Shown here in pieces: positions 50,073 to 62,905 of a stretch of DNA of 64,000 nucleotides. The position numbers were made by a program, and so were the translations under genes. The stretch's first letter is position 1, and each line of letters opens with the position of its first letter. The notes under the pieces are model-generated. The model had not been told where the DNA came from. It saw only the letters and a list, made by a program, of their open reading frames with translations, and did no database searches. The stretch is taken from assembly GCF_030028105.1 (NCBI RefSeq), contig NC_092379.1, positions 87,841,006 through 87,905,005 on the forward strand, in the 5' to 3' direction. The stretch is from Mobula birostris (taxonomy: Eukaryota).

Positions 50073-51719
50073 ATGTATACTTTATACAAACTTGAGGTTC
50101 ATTTTCCTGCAGGCAGCTACAAAACAAAGAAGCCCAATAGAACCCATTAAAAAGGAAGTCAGTTGAACACCCAAATGTGCAGAAAGGAAACCAAAAACAT
50201 ACAAATAATAAAAGTAAGCAAACAGCATTTAGAACTGAAGTTGACAAAGTCAGTCCGCACTTTGATAGTTGCAGGCCACAGCCGCAGTTTGTTGCAGAGA
50301 TGAATAAACCTTGCGTAGCAGCGAGCTGAAGTTCAGTGCAGAGTCGAGTAAAATGAGCAAAGCAGCGGTTGAACCAGCCCATCCTTTCTTCTGGCCCGGT
50401 CACCTTGACCTCTTTCAATCTGGTTAGACACCTAAATCGTTCAAACCTCAGGTCATTCCCTGCTCTTGGACCTGGGCTCTACCACTTTGATGTGATCTCA
50501 GGCCAGTGCCCTGTCACCTCAATTTGGCCTGTACCCAACTTTTCCAATTCAGCTCAGTACTTAATTCAGTCAAACCTGGGGTCTTTCCTCACTCTCAGGC
50601 CCAGGTCCAGAGCCACCGTCTTGACTCTGCACCACCTCAGTTCTGCTGAATCAAGTCTGCAACAACAATTCCCTCCTCTCCAATCTGGACCCTGCCACCT
50701 CGATTCAGCCCATACACACCACCCCACAATTGTTCTGCACCTTTGAGCCTTCAGTTCCCACTGCAAAAATGTCAGGTCATAAAGGCAGTTCAAAAGCTCG
50801 ACACCCACAGGAATCAGATTATCCCAAATGGAATAATACAGTCCATAGTACGCAGTAATCATCTACCAGAAAAAAATGTAATTCATGAGTATTTAGTTGT
50901 TTTCCTTGATTTATTTGCCACCAAGAAGCAGTCTCTGAGCTTCAACAGCACCATCTTAAACTGGAGGTGTTGCAGCAACCAGGAGTATCAACCAGGAACT
51001 AAAAAGTCCAGCAGATGATAACCAAATAAGAGCTGGTGGGAATTTTTTCACCTGAAATGTGTGCTAGGTTGAACCTGTGTGTGAGAGATTATAGACTAGA
51101 GCATCATGCTTCAAGATCATAGTTCATCATAAATTTAGCATAATGAATTTTCTACCATGCCACTCCCAGTGGGCAGCATATGTAAGGACTAATGTCCTGA
51201 ACAAAAAGAAGTTCATATCACTTTTCCAACACACCCACAAATGCCTTTTTGGAATTCAAAGGGCAATTTTAGCACTGCAAGATTTTAATAATCCTTCGTT
51301 TTGTAATGCATACGTGTCTAAAATATTTTTTGGAAATGTTTCATATGTAGTCTGAAAGAGATTAACCACACTATCCAGCCACTGCTATTCAGTTGAGAGC
51401 TACTGCTTTTGATAGAGAATGTTCTGTATTTATCTCTGCGCTGCTTTTATTGCTGAAGTTTGCAGAATTATAAAAGAAGCCTACAGTGCACAATTTACAC
51501 TAGTCTGGTGATTTGTACTTTGTAATTCTACCCTTCTCGAATCAAGAAGATGCACCATCACTTGCCTTGATCTGTTATTCTGAACACTGGCAGTGGGATA
51601 TATCTCAGCTGGAATAATTAATAACTGGCCCGAATGTGAATTTGAAGACCATAGATTACTTCTTGGCTGAAGGTACACCAGTAAATTTCTACACTTTCCT
51701 CACCATTGCCAGACAGGAT

Positions 51720-52445
51720 TGGAGTAGAGGGTTATCAAAGAGAAGAGAAGAACTCATTATCTCAAGAGCTGGAGAAGAAAGAATCTGATAGGAGAGGAGA
51801 GTGGACTATAGGAGAGAGGGTACTCTGGGGGCGGTGAAGGGCAGGTGAGAAAATATAGGAGGACAGAGTGGGAAATAGAAGAAGAGAGGAGGGGAGAGGG
51901 AAGATATTTTTTAACTGGAGGGACAAATCGACATTCATGCCATCAGGTTGGAAACCACCCAAACAGAATACACAATGCTGCTCCTCCACTGTGAAGGAAG
52001 CCTCATCATAAGACAAGAGGAGGCCATAGACTGACATGTTGGAAAGGGAATGGGAATCGGAGTTCAAGTATTTGCCCATTGGGAAGTTTCACATTTGGCA
52101 GATAGAATGGAGGTGCTTGATGAAGCGGCACCTCAATTTATGACGGGCCTTGCTAATGTAGAGGAGTCCAGATCGGGATCACCAGATGCAATATTCAAAG
52201 GTAAGTATTACCTCACCTGGGAGGACTTTGGGGCCCTGAATAAGAGATGAACGGACAGGTGTAGCACTTTGGCCCTTGCAGAGATGAGTGCTGGGAGGGA
52301 CACTCCTGGGGAGGATCAAATGGACAAGGGAATCATGGAGAGAGCGATCCCTGGTGGGGGGGGGGGCGCGGGGGTGGGTGCGATAAAGTTATGTTTGGCA
52401 GTCGTATCCCTTTGGACGTGATGGAAGCTGAGGAAAATGTGTTGC
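51720..52445 (-). mobile_element. Older PLE GIY-YIG/pLTR fragment
   Basis: ORF 51762..52079 EEQHCVFCLGGFQPDGMN. Confidence 0.85.
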
Positions 52446-52744
52446 TGAAGTCTCTTTTACTATATTCATGAAGGCAGGTAAACCATATTTTTTTTAAATT
52501 GAAGTATTATTATTAAAGCAAATTATTGATACAGTAATTTAAAATTACATCTATTATTTGAACATAAAATATTTGAATAGTAACTTACAATGCAGATGTA
52601 AATTTAAACCCAATATTTGCTAATCTACCCTGAAATACATGAATAAGTATTAACACGTCTCACTTGACATCACCGTAAATTTTTTAAAAAAACCTTCTAA
52701 GTTCATATTACCAATGGACAATCTAGCTTACTGACACATACCTT

Positions 52745-52958
52745 ACAAATTGTCATATTACCTGATTTATCATCTTGTGTTTCTCTCTCCCCTCCCCGCA
52801 CCTTTTAAATCAGTTTTCTTTCTCCAGTCCTGCAGCAGGGTTTTGGCCCAAAATGTCAACTGCACTCTTTTCCCAGATACTGCCTGGCCTGCCAAGTTCC
52901 TCCAGCATTTTGTGTGTGTTGCTCGGATTTCCGGCATCTGCAGATTTTCTCATGTTTG
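52745..52958 (+). mobile_element. Older PLE pLTR end with tail
   Basis: Decayed hammerhead near 52826-52861; ...ttccggcatctgcagattttctcatgtttg. Confidence 0.8.
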
Positions 52959-53197
52959 TGTAGGGAATCTCAGCTATTTTCTCAATATATAGTTTTTATG
53001 TTTGGCTTAATAAAAACTTGAAAAAAATACAAGTTATATAATTCCATGAGGAAAGATATAACCCACATATAACCATATAACAATTACAGCATGGAAACAG
53101 GCCATCTCGGCCCTTCTAGTCCGTGCTGAACTCTTACTCTCAAATAGTCCCGCCAACCCTCCATTCCTTTCCTGTCCATATAGCTATCCAATTTAAC

Positions 53198-55893
53198 TTA
53201 AAATGACAACATCGAACCTGCCTCAACTACTTCTGCTGGAAGCTTGTTCCACACAGCTGCCACTCTCTGAGTAAAGAACTTCTCCCTCATGATACCCCTA
53301 AACTTTTGCCCTTTAACTCTCAATTCATATCCTCTTGTTTGAATCTCCCCTACTCTCAATGGAAAAAGCCTATCCACGTCAACTCTATCTATCTCCCTCA
53401 TAATTTTAAATACCTCTATAAAGTCCCCCCTCAACCTTCTATGCTCCAAAGAATAAAGGCCCAACTTGTTCAACCTTTCTCTATAACTTAGGTGATGAAA
53501 CCCAGGTAACATTCTAGTAAATCTTCTCTGTACTTTCTCTATTTTGTTGACATCTTTCCTATAATTTGGTGACCAGAACTGTACACAATCCTCTAAATTT
53601 GGCCTTATCAATGCCTTGTACAATTTCAACATTACATCCCAACTCCTATAGTCAATGCTCTGATTTATAAAGGCCAGCATACCAAAAGCTTTCTTCACCA
53701 CCCTATCCATATGAGATTCCACCTTCAGGGAACTATGCACCATTATTCCTAGATCCCACAGTTCTACTGCATTCTTCAATGCGCTACCATTTACCATGTA
53801 TATCCTATTTTAATTAGTCCTACCAAAATGTAGCACCTCACATTTATCAGCATTAAACTCCATCTGCCATCTTTCAGCCCACTCTTCTAACTGGCTTAAA
53901 TCTCTCTGCACGCTTTGAAAACCTACTTCATTATCCACAACTTCACCTATCTTAGTATCATCTACATACTTACTAATCCAATTTACCACCCCATCATCCA
54001 GATCGTTAATGTATATGACGAACAACATTGGACCCAGTACAAATCCCTGAGGTACACCACTAGTCACCGGCCTCCAATCTGACAAACAGTTATCCACCAC
54101 TACTCTCTGGCGTCTTCCATCCAGCCACTGCTGAATCCATTCATTTTACTACTTCAATATTAATACCTAACGATTGAACCTTCCTAACTAACCTTTTGTG
54201 TGGAACCTTGTCAAAGGCCTTACTGAAGTCCATATAGACAACATCCACCACTTTACCCTCGTCAACTTTCCTAGTAACCTCTTCAAAAAATTCAATAAGA
54301 TTTGTCAAACATGACCTTCCACGCACAAATCCATGTTGACTGTTTCTAATCAGACCCTGTCTATCCAGATCATTATATATACCATCTCTAAGAATACTTT
54401 CCATCAATTTACCCACCACTGACGTCAAACTGACAGGCTGATAATTGCTAGGTTTACTATTAGAACCCTTTTTAAATAATGGAACAACATTAGCAATACA
54501 CCAATCCTCCAGCACCATCCCTGTTTCTAATGACATTTGAAATATTTCTGTCAGAGCCCCTGCTATTTCCACACTAACTTCCCTCAAGGTCCTAGGGAAT
54601 ATCCTATCAGGACCTAGAGACTTATCCACTTTTGTATTCCTTAAAAGTGCCAGTACTTCCTCTTCTTTAATCATCATAGTTTCCATAACATCCCTACCTG
54701 TTTTCCTTACCTTACACAATTCAATATCCTTCTCCTTAGTGAATACCGAAGAAAAGAAATTGATCAGAATCTCCCCCATCTCTTTTGGCTCCACACATAT
54801 CTATCCACTCTGATTCTCTAAGGGACTAATTTTATCCCTCACTATCCTTTTGCTATTAATATAACTGTAGAAACCCTTTGGATTTATTTTCACCTTACTT
54901 GCCAAAGCAACCTCATATCTTCTTTTAGCTTTTCTAATTTCTTTCTTAAGATTCTTTTTACATTCTTTATATTCCTCAAGCACCTTATTTACTCCATGCT
55001 ACCTATATTTATCGTAGATATGTCTCTTTTTCTGAACCGTTTCCAATATCCCTTGAAAACCATGGCTCTCTCAAACTTTTAACCTTTCCTTTCAACCTAA
55101 CAGGAACATAAAGATTCTGTATCCTCAAGATTTCAACTTTAAATGACCTCCATTTCTCTATTACATTCTTCCCATAAAACAAATTGTCCCAATCCACTCC
55201 TTCTAAATCCTTTCGTATCTCCTTAAAGTTGGTCTTTCTCCAATCAAAAATATCAGCCCTGGGTCTAGACCTATCCTTCTCCATAATTATATTGAAACTA
55301 ATGGCATTGTGATCACCGGACCTGAAGTGCTCCCTAACACGAACCTCCATCACCTGCCCTATCTCATTCCCTAACAGGAGATCCAACACTGCCACTTCTC
55401 TAGTCGGTACCTCTATGTATTGCTGCAAAAACTACCCTCCACACATTTTACAAACTCCAAACCATCCAGCCCTTTTACAGTATGGGCTTCTCAGTCTATG
55501 TGTGGAAATTTAAAATCTCCCACAATCACAACCTTGTGCTTATTACAAATATCTGCTATCTCCTTACAAATTTGCTCCTCCAATTCTTGCTCTCCATTAA
55601 GTGGTCTATAATACACCCCTATAAGTGTTACTACACCTTTCCTCATTCCTCAATTCCACCCAAATAGCCTCCCTAGACGAGCCCTCTAATCTATCCTGCC
55701 AGAGCAGCGCTGTAATATTTTCTCTGATAAGAAATGCAACACCTCCCCCTCTTGTCCCTCTGATTCTATCACTCCTGAAGCAATGAAATCCAGGAATATT
55801 TAGTTGCCAACCACACCCCTCCTGTAACCATGCTTCACTAATAGCGACCACATCATACTTCCAGGTATCAATCCATGCCTTAAGCTCATCCAC
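53198..55893 (-). pseudogene. CR1 ORF2 APE endonuclease-reverse transcriptase, broken by stops and frameshifts
   Basis: Six collinear ORF fragments with canonical motifs (DVVAISEAW, QHGFVRGRSCLTNLIEFFE, YMDFSKAFDKV, SGVPQG). Confidence 0.93.
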
Positions 55894-57151
55894 CTTTCTT
55901 ATAATACTCCTATCATTAAAATATATGCATTTAAGAAATTTTTCACCTCTTACTCTCTGTTTATCACTGATGGTGCAAACAACTTTACTATTTTCTTTTT
56001 CTCCCTTCTCCCCTACTTCTGTTCCTATACCCTGGTTCCTCTCCCCCCTTGTATCTAGTTTAAATCCACTGGAGCCTCTCTAGCAAACCTACCTGCAAGA
56101 ATATTTGTCCCCCTCCAGTTCAAATGTAAACCATCCCACTGGAGCAGGTCTCACCTTCCCTAGAAAACTGCCCAATTATCTACAAATCCGTAGCCCTCCC
56201 TCCTGCACCATGTCTTCAGCCATGTGTTGATGTGCGCTATCTTACTATTTCTAAACCCGCCTGCATGTGGCTGTGGTAGCAATCCTGAGATTGCTGTCCT
56301 AGAGATCCTGTCCTTTCACTTGGTGCCTAACTCCCTAACTCACCTTTCAGGACCTTCTCACTCTTCATAGCCACATCATTAATCCCTACATGGACCACGA
56401 CATCCGGCTGCTCACCCTCCCTCTTGAGAATACTGAGAACTCAATCTGAGATATCGCGGACCTTGGCACCAGGGAGGCAACAGACCATCCAGGATTCTCA
56501 ATCTCTTCCACAGAACCTCTTATCTGTCCTCTTAATTATCAAATCCCCTATCACCACTGCTCTCCTCTTTTCCCTCCTTCCCTTCTGAGCTAAGGACCCC
56601 TCTCGGTGCCAGAGACGCAACCACTGCAACTTGTCCCTGGTAGGTCGTCCCCATCAACAGTGTCCAAAAGCATGTACTTATTATTGGTGGGAACGGCCAC
56701 AGGGGTGCTCTGCTCATTCTGTCTATTCCCCTTCCCTCTCCTGACAGCCACCTAGCTATCTGTCTCCTGACTCTTAGGGGTGACTCTCTCCCTGTAACTC
56801 CTGTTTATTTCTGCCTCTGCCTCCCGAATGATCTGAAGTTCATCCAGCTCCAGCTCCAGTTTCCTAACTTGGTTTGTCAGGAGCTGCAGATGGATGCACC
56901 TTTTACAGGTGTAGTCATCAGGGACGATTGTTCTCACCCTGACTTCCCACATACTGCAAACGGAGCACTCAACTGCCCTAGCTGCTGCCTCCATTACCTA
57001 CTCTTAAGGTAATTAGATTTATTAAAGGAACTTACCTGGCCTTACCTCACTTGGAGTGAAGCTCTTCCTCAGCCTCTGCTCGTCGAAGCCTCAGGAGCCA
57101 AAGCCTTCCTACTCTGTCTCCCACTACTCCGTCGCCCGCTCTGTTAATCTG

Positions 57152-57332
57152 GCTTTTAAACACTCCCGCTGCCTCATGGTCCGACTTACACGTGCTTGCA
57201 CAGTCATGCCCTGTTCAACTGCCGAAGAAATGACCAACCTTCACAACCTTCTCGCTTTTAAACACTCCCGCTGTCTCACGGTCCGACTTACATGCACTTG
57301 CGCAGTCGTGCCCCATTCAACTGCCGAAGAAG
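57152..57332. repeat. Direct duplication of about 78 bp in the CR1 5' UTR
   Basis: gcttttaaacactcccgctg...ttcaactgccgaagaa at about 57152-57229 and 57254-57331. Confidence 0.85.
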
Positions 57333-57849
57333 CTTCATCTCCACATACTGAAATTAGGTTTCTTCGATATTCCTTAGATTTTTGTCCAGCAAGAAACAGC
57401 TTACTACTTATTTACTGTGCAAAGACCATAAAGGGAGAATATTGCTGGAAAATCCTGCAATGATATGATTCTGCACTGATCAGCTTGAATTTATTCCTGT
57501 AAGTTTCAGGAAATTTGGTCGTGCCTTGTTGGAGATTCTCTACCAATCCTGAGATGTTAGATTCCTCATGATATCAAGTGGCAAAGGATACGTTTTTGGA
57601 ATTCCTGTGGCGTTTCTGCTAGGGAATTTTCTCTCTGGACCAATGAACAGGAACACTGGGGAGAAATGTCTGCAAGTGAGAAGCTTGAACATTAATTAAA
57701 TTACATGCTCTGAACTAATTTAATGAAATGTATTGAAAAGTTAAGTGTAACGTTGTGTTAAAAGTTCAAAGGTACGTCTTGTGTACTTTATTTATATTTG
57801 TTCAACATAATATATTTAATTCCTAATTTATTCATCAACTCCATTGGAC

Positions 57850-58020
57850 AGTCAGACACCCTGAGCCAATAGGCTGGTCCTGGACTTAATTCCTGGCATA
57901 ATTTACATATTACTATTTAATTATTTATTGTTTTATTACTATTTAATTATTTATGGTGCAACTGTAACGAAAACCAATTTCCCTCAGGATCAATAAAGTA
58001 TCACTATGACTATGACTATC
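57850..58020 (+). mobile_element. LINE 3' end (Rex1-like) with (tatgac)n tail
   Basis: aatttccctcaggatcaataaagta followed by ctatgactatgactat. Confidence 0.7.
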
Positions 58021-58775
58021 AAGGTCTCATTCAGCCATTTTGTGTGCATTTGTGTGGCTTCTGCTGCTCTCAAGCTATTGACCATTTGGAATTGTAATGA
58101 TAGATCCGGAAAAGTTCAAAATTGACTTGTTACTGACAGCAAGCCTATGGGCAGTTTAGATACTATCAACACATTTTAGCCCATAATTATTCTCTAGGTT
58201 TATTGGAAACAGTGTTTTGATTGTATTTTTGTGTTCTTACTTTCACACTTTCATAATAACTCCAAGATGCATGGTTAACAGTTATCTGTTAGACATGTTT
58301 ATTGCAGACCTGGACAACTTCAATATCACTTAAAAAATGCCATGCTGTCCCAGCTTCAGTCACTTTAATCACTCCCACTGCTTCAAAGAGAATAAATGAA
58401 GCAAAGTATTACTGATGCCTGGAACATGTTCTTCAGCTCAGTTTTGTTTTTGAAGGTTTACAGATTATTTATATTGCATTTTAATCTTCACTTAGAGGAT
58501 AGAAAACTGGCCATTGTACAAATTTGCAGAAAAGGGCATTTTAAAGGAGTTAAATGAAAAAGATTATGAAGTGATTTTACATTAAAAAAAATGATTATTA
58601 TCCTGACAACTGTTAGGCTGTGAATTTTGGTTCCACTGTGCAACAGTGTTGGTTTATTTTAAATTGGCTCCCTTTGGGTGTGCTTGCATGGTTCATGCAG
58701 TCTGACATATCGTGCAGAATAGTGGTGAAGCTTATGTGTACTACAAGTTTGCAAGAAAGACACTATTTCTAAATT

Positions 58776-58829
58776 GGACCCCCAAAATGTAACTAACACC
58801 ACGGATCCCCAAAATGTAACTAACACCAC
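58776..58829. repeat. 27-bp tandem duplication
   Basis: gga(c/t)ccccaaaatgtaactaacaccac twice. Confidence 0.9.
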
Positions 58830-59288
58830 GGCTTTAACTCACAGGGAATACTCAGAATCAACTCACATCGAGTACCCAGCATTCAGACACTTTAATATGA
58901 GCCTGGAGGACCTCTGGGCATTGTTTGAGTAGAGAACTTCCCTCCTCTTTCCACATCATATTTCCATGGGTGTCCGCACTACTTCAGAAAATCTGTATCT
59001 GCTCCAAACTACTAGCCGAATGACCTCCATCATCAGTTCACATCACAGTATACCTCTATATGCCCCCTCTAATCATCATTAGCTACCCTGAACTGGTGCT
59101 AGCCTCTCATTAAATTGGTCCCCATGATGATGTATGCAGCACAGTTGGTGTCGACTGTTAGCAAATCATCATAGTGCACAGGTCAGGTAATATTTTTATA
59201 CCTCCACAGGAGCAATGTGATGACTAACAATAATAGCAATTAAATTTTAAAGGTAGAGCTCAATGCACATGAAATACTGTATCATTTA

Positions 59289-59793
59289 CACTCAGTGGCC
59301 ATGTTATTAGGTACAGGAGTGCACCTAATAAAGTGTCCGCAGAAGTGGAACCTGGTGCAGTCTTCTGCTGTCGTAACCCGCCCATTTCAAGTTTCGACAT
59401 GTTGTGCATTCATAGATGCCCTTCTGTACGACACGATTGTAATGCATGGTTATTTGCGTTAATGTTGCCTTCCTGTCAGCTTGAAGCAGTCTGGCCATTC
59501 TCCTCCGACCTCACGCATTAACAAGGCATTTTCTTCCATAGAACTGTCGCACACTGGATGTTTTTGGTTTTTTTTTGCACTATTCTCTGTAAACTCTAGA
59601 GACTGCTGTGTATGAAAATCCCAGGAGGTCAGCAATTTACTGAGGTACACAAACAACCCCGTACAGCAGCAACAATCATTCCACAGCCAAAGTCACTTAG
59701 GTCACATTCTTTCCCCATCATGATGTTTGATCTGAATAACAACTGAAACCTTTGACCACGTCTACGTGCTTTTATGCATTGAGCTGCTGCCAC
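59289..59793 (-). mobile_element. Tc1/mariner deletion derivative (transposase N-terminal HTH remnant)
   Basis: TA then cactcagtggccatgttattaggtaca TIR; minus strand MGKECDLSDFGCGMIV; interrupted by the Rex LINE. Confidence 0.85.
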
Positions 59794-60629
59794 AGCAGAA
59801 TCAGAATCAAGTTTAATATCACTGGAACATGTCATGAAATTTGTTGTTTTGCGGCAGCAGTGCAATGCAATACATAATAATAAACCAGCACAAATTACAA
59901 TAAGGAATATATATTTTAAAAATTAAATTGAATAATTAGTTCAAAAAGAGAGAAATGAAGAAAAAATATATTGAGGTAGCATCCATGGGTTCATCAAAAT
60001 CTGGTGGCAAAGGAGAAGAAGCTGTTCCTAAAATCTTGAGTGTGTGTTGTTAGGCTCCTGTACCTCATCCTTGAGAAGAGGGCATGCCCTAGGTGTGATG
60101 GGGGTCCTGAATCACAAACGTCACCTTTTTGAAGCATTGCCTTTTGAAGAGATGTCCTCAGTGCTGGGAAGATAGTGCCCAAAATGGAGCTGGCTGAATT
60201 TTGAACTTTTTTGCAGCTTTCCTGATCTTGTGCAGTTGCTGCTCCATACCGGACGTTGATGCAACAAGTTAGAACACTCTCCGTGGTGCATCTGTAGACA
60301 TATGCGAGAGTCTTTGGCCTCATACCAAATCTCCCCAAACTTCTAATGAAATATAGCCACTGCCTTGCCTTCTTTCTAATTGCATCCAAATGTTGGGCCC
60401 AGGATAGATCTTCAGAGATGTTGACACCCAGGAACATGAAACTGTTCACCTTTTCCACTGCTGATCCGTCAATGAAGACTGGTGTCAACTTCCCATTCCT
60501 GAAATCCACAATCAATCCTTTGGTCTTACTAATGTTGAGTGCAAGGTTGTTGTGACGCCTCTCAACCAGCTGACCTATCTTGCTGCTGTACACCTCCTTG
60601 TCAACGTCTGAAAATCTACTAATAGAAGT

Positions 60630-61295
60630 TGTTTATTATTTCCTTATTGAGATACAGCATGGAATAGGCCATTCCAGACTTCGAGCTGTGCCACCCAGCA
60701 ATGCTCCGAATTAACCCTAGGCTAATCACGGGACAATTTATAATGACCAATCAACCTACCAACTGGTACTTCTTTGGACTGTTGGAGGAAAGCCGAGCAC
60801 ACAGAGGAAACTCACACAGTCATGGCGAAAACGTACAAGCGCCTTACAGGCAGTGGCAGGAAATGGACCTGTATCACCTGTACTGTAAAGCAGTGGTTCC
60901 CAAACTCCGGGCCGCGGACCGATACCGGGCCACGAAGCATGCAGGGGTGCAGTGGTAGCCGAGACACACCCAGCACATCTTTAAGGAAAAAAACAAAATA
61001 AACAAGCTAATTAATTAGGTGCCGCATGGCACGTAAATGTCAGCACAGGTCAGAAGCGATTGCCGATTTCACTTGCTCTACGCAATCTGCAATTGCCTCT
61101 GATCTGGGCCGACATTTACGTGCCGGGTGGCACCTAATTAATTAGCTTGTTTATTTCGGCTTTTTTCTTAAAGATGTGCTGGGTGCATCCCGGCTACCAC
61201 TGCATCCCTGCATGCTTTGCTGCCCTGTATTGGTCCACGGTCCGGAGGTTGGGGACCACTGTTGTAAAGCACTGTGCTAACCGTTACACTACCAT
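60630..61295 (-). mobile_element. V-SINE (tRNA head, V domain, CR1-like tail) split by a MITE
   Basis: V-domain ggaggaaagccgagcacacagaggaaactcacacagtcatggcgaaaacgtacaa; head tgctaaccgttacactacc after the MITE. Confidence 0.8.
60891..61261. mobile_element. Foldback hAT MITE, palindromic over almost its whole length
   Basis: cagtggttcccaaac ... ggttggggaccactg; arms of about 175 bp; 8-bp TSD ctgtaaag and ttgtaaag. Confidence 0.92.
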
Positions 61296-61599
61296 GTATC
61301 ATTGGCAAATTAATAAATGACATTTGACATGTGCCTAGCCACACAATTGTGGGTGCAGAGAGAGTAGAGCAGTGAGCTAAGCATATATCCTTGAGATGAG
61401 GCAGAGTTGATTGTCAGTGAGGAGGACATGTTTCTGACCTGAACTGACTGGTCTTCCAATAAGGAGGTCAAGGATCCCATTGCAGATGGAGGTACAGAGG
61501 CCCAGATTTTGAAGCTTGTTGATTAGTACTAAGGGCATGATGACATTGAACGATGAGCTATAATCAACAAACAGCAGCTTGATGTAGGTCTTGCTATTC

Positions 61600-62905
61600 A
61601 ATCTCTGAAGAAAGTTCATCTACTGATCTTTATAAACTCACTGATGCTCACAGCTACCTGAACTATACATCTTCCCACCCGGTCACTTGTAAAAATGCCA
61701 TCCTCTTCTCTCAGTTCCTCCATCCCCACCGTATCTGCTCTCAGGATGAAGCATTTCATTTCAGAACTAATGAGATGACTTCCTTCTTCAAGGAAAGGGG
61801 TTTTCCTTCCTCCACCATCAACACTTTCCTCACATGCATTACTTCCATTTCACACTCATCTGCTTTCACCCTACCCTCTCACCATCCCATCAGGGACAGG
61901 ATTTGTCTTGTCCTCACCCACACCCCACCAACCTCCGTGTCCAGCAAATAATTCTTTATAACTTACACCATCTCCAGCAGGATTCCACCACCAAGCACAT
62001 CTTTCTCTCCCCCCACCATGTTCTTCTTAGGTGAATCCCTCATCCATTTATCTCTCTCCACTTATACCCCTCCTGGTACTTATCCTTGCAAGTGGAACAA
62101 GTGCCACATTGTCCCCTACACCTCCTTCCTCACCACCATTCAGTCCTTCCAGATGAGGTGACACTTCACCTGTGAGTCTGTTGGGGTCATCTACTATATC
62201 CTGTGCTCCCAGTGTGGCCTCCTGTATGTCAGTGAGACTCGATGTAGATGGGGAGACTGTTTTGTCGAGCATCTATGCTCCATCCGCCACAAAAAGCAGG
62301 TTCTCCTGGTAGCCACTCATTTCATTTCTACTTTACATCCCGCTTCCAACATGTCAACTCACAGCCTCCTCTACTGTCACAATGAGACCACACTCAGGTT
62401 GGAGAAGCAACACCTTATATTCCATTTGGTTAGCCTCCAACCTGAAGGCATGAACCTCGATTTCTTAAACTTCTGGTATTTGCCTCCCCCACTCTCCTTC
62501 ACCATCCCCCATTCCCATTTCCCTCTCTCACATTACCACTTTACCTGCACATCACCTCCTTCTTGTGCTCCTCCCACTTCCCTTTCCTCCATGGCTTTCC
62601 ATCCTCTCCAATCAGATTCCTCCTTCTTCAGCCTTTATCTCTTCCAACAATCTCCCTGCTCTTTATTTCATCACTTCCCCTCTCCAGGCATCTTCACCTA
62701 TCAGCTACCACCTTGTACTTCTTCCTCCCCTTCTCCTACCTTCTTACTCTAACTTTTCATCTTTTGTTCCATTCCTGATGAACGGTCTCAGCCCGAAACA
62801 TTGATTATTTACTCTGTTCCATGGTTGCTGCCATGCCTGCTGAGTTCCTCCAGCATTTTGTGTGGGGTGCTTTGATTTCCAGCATCCACAGATTTTCTCA
62901 TGTTG
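61600..62905 (+). mobile_element. Neptune-type PLE (RT end, GIY-YIG, pLTR with hammerhead near 62771-62806)
   Basis: ORF 62351..62752 LEKQHLIFHLVSLQPEGMN; cCTGATGAacggtctcagcccGAAAcatt; ttgctatt duplicated at 61591-61598 and 62910-62917. Confidence 0.88.

Larger units (their letters stand above)
49097..50964 (-). mobile_element. Non-coding Rex/Babar-dependent element (5' AAGATGG head and LINE tail), interrupted
   Basis: Tail aagttcaaagttcaaa; 5' end ccagtttAAGATGGtgc like 7693-7708; no RT remnant recognised. Confidence 0.6.
53058..57332 (-). mobile_element. Near full-length CR1 LINE (5' UTR, ORF1, ORF2, 3' tail), inactivated
   Basis: ORF1 56752..56994 with CxxC..CxxC and leucine zipper, followed by SGNH esterase remnant (VIGD..VCCLPGAKVRDI); ORF2 pieces 55606..55893 (APE), 55009, 54801, 54141 (RT), 53810 (YVDD), 53198; tail (ataaccat)n. 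Confidence 0.95.

Noticed and set aside
49948-50862. ORFs of 98-156 aa in the non-coding element
   Set aside because: No domain motifs, and one of them crosses a TE junction.
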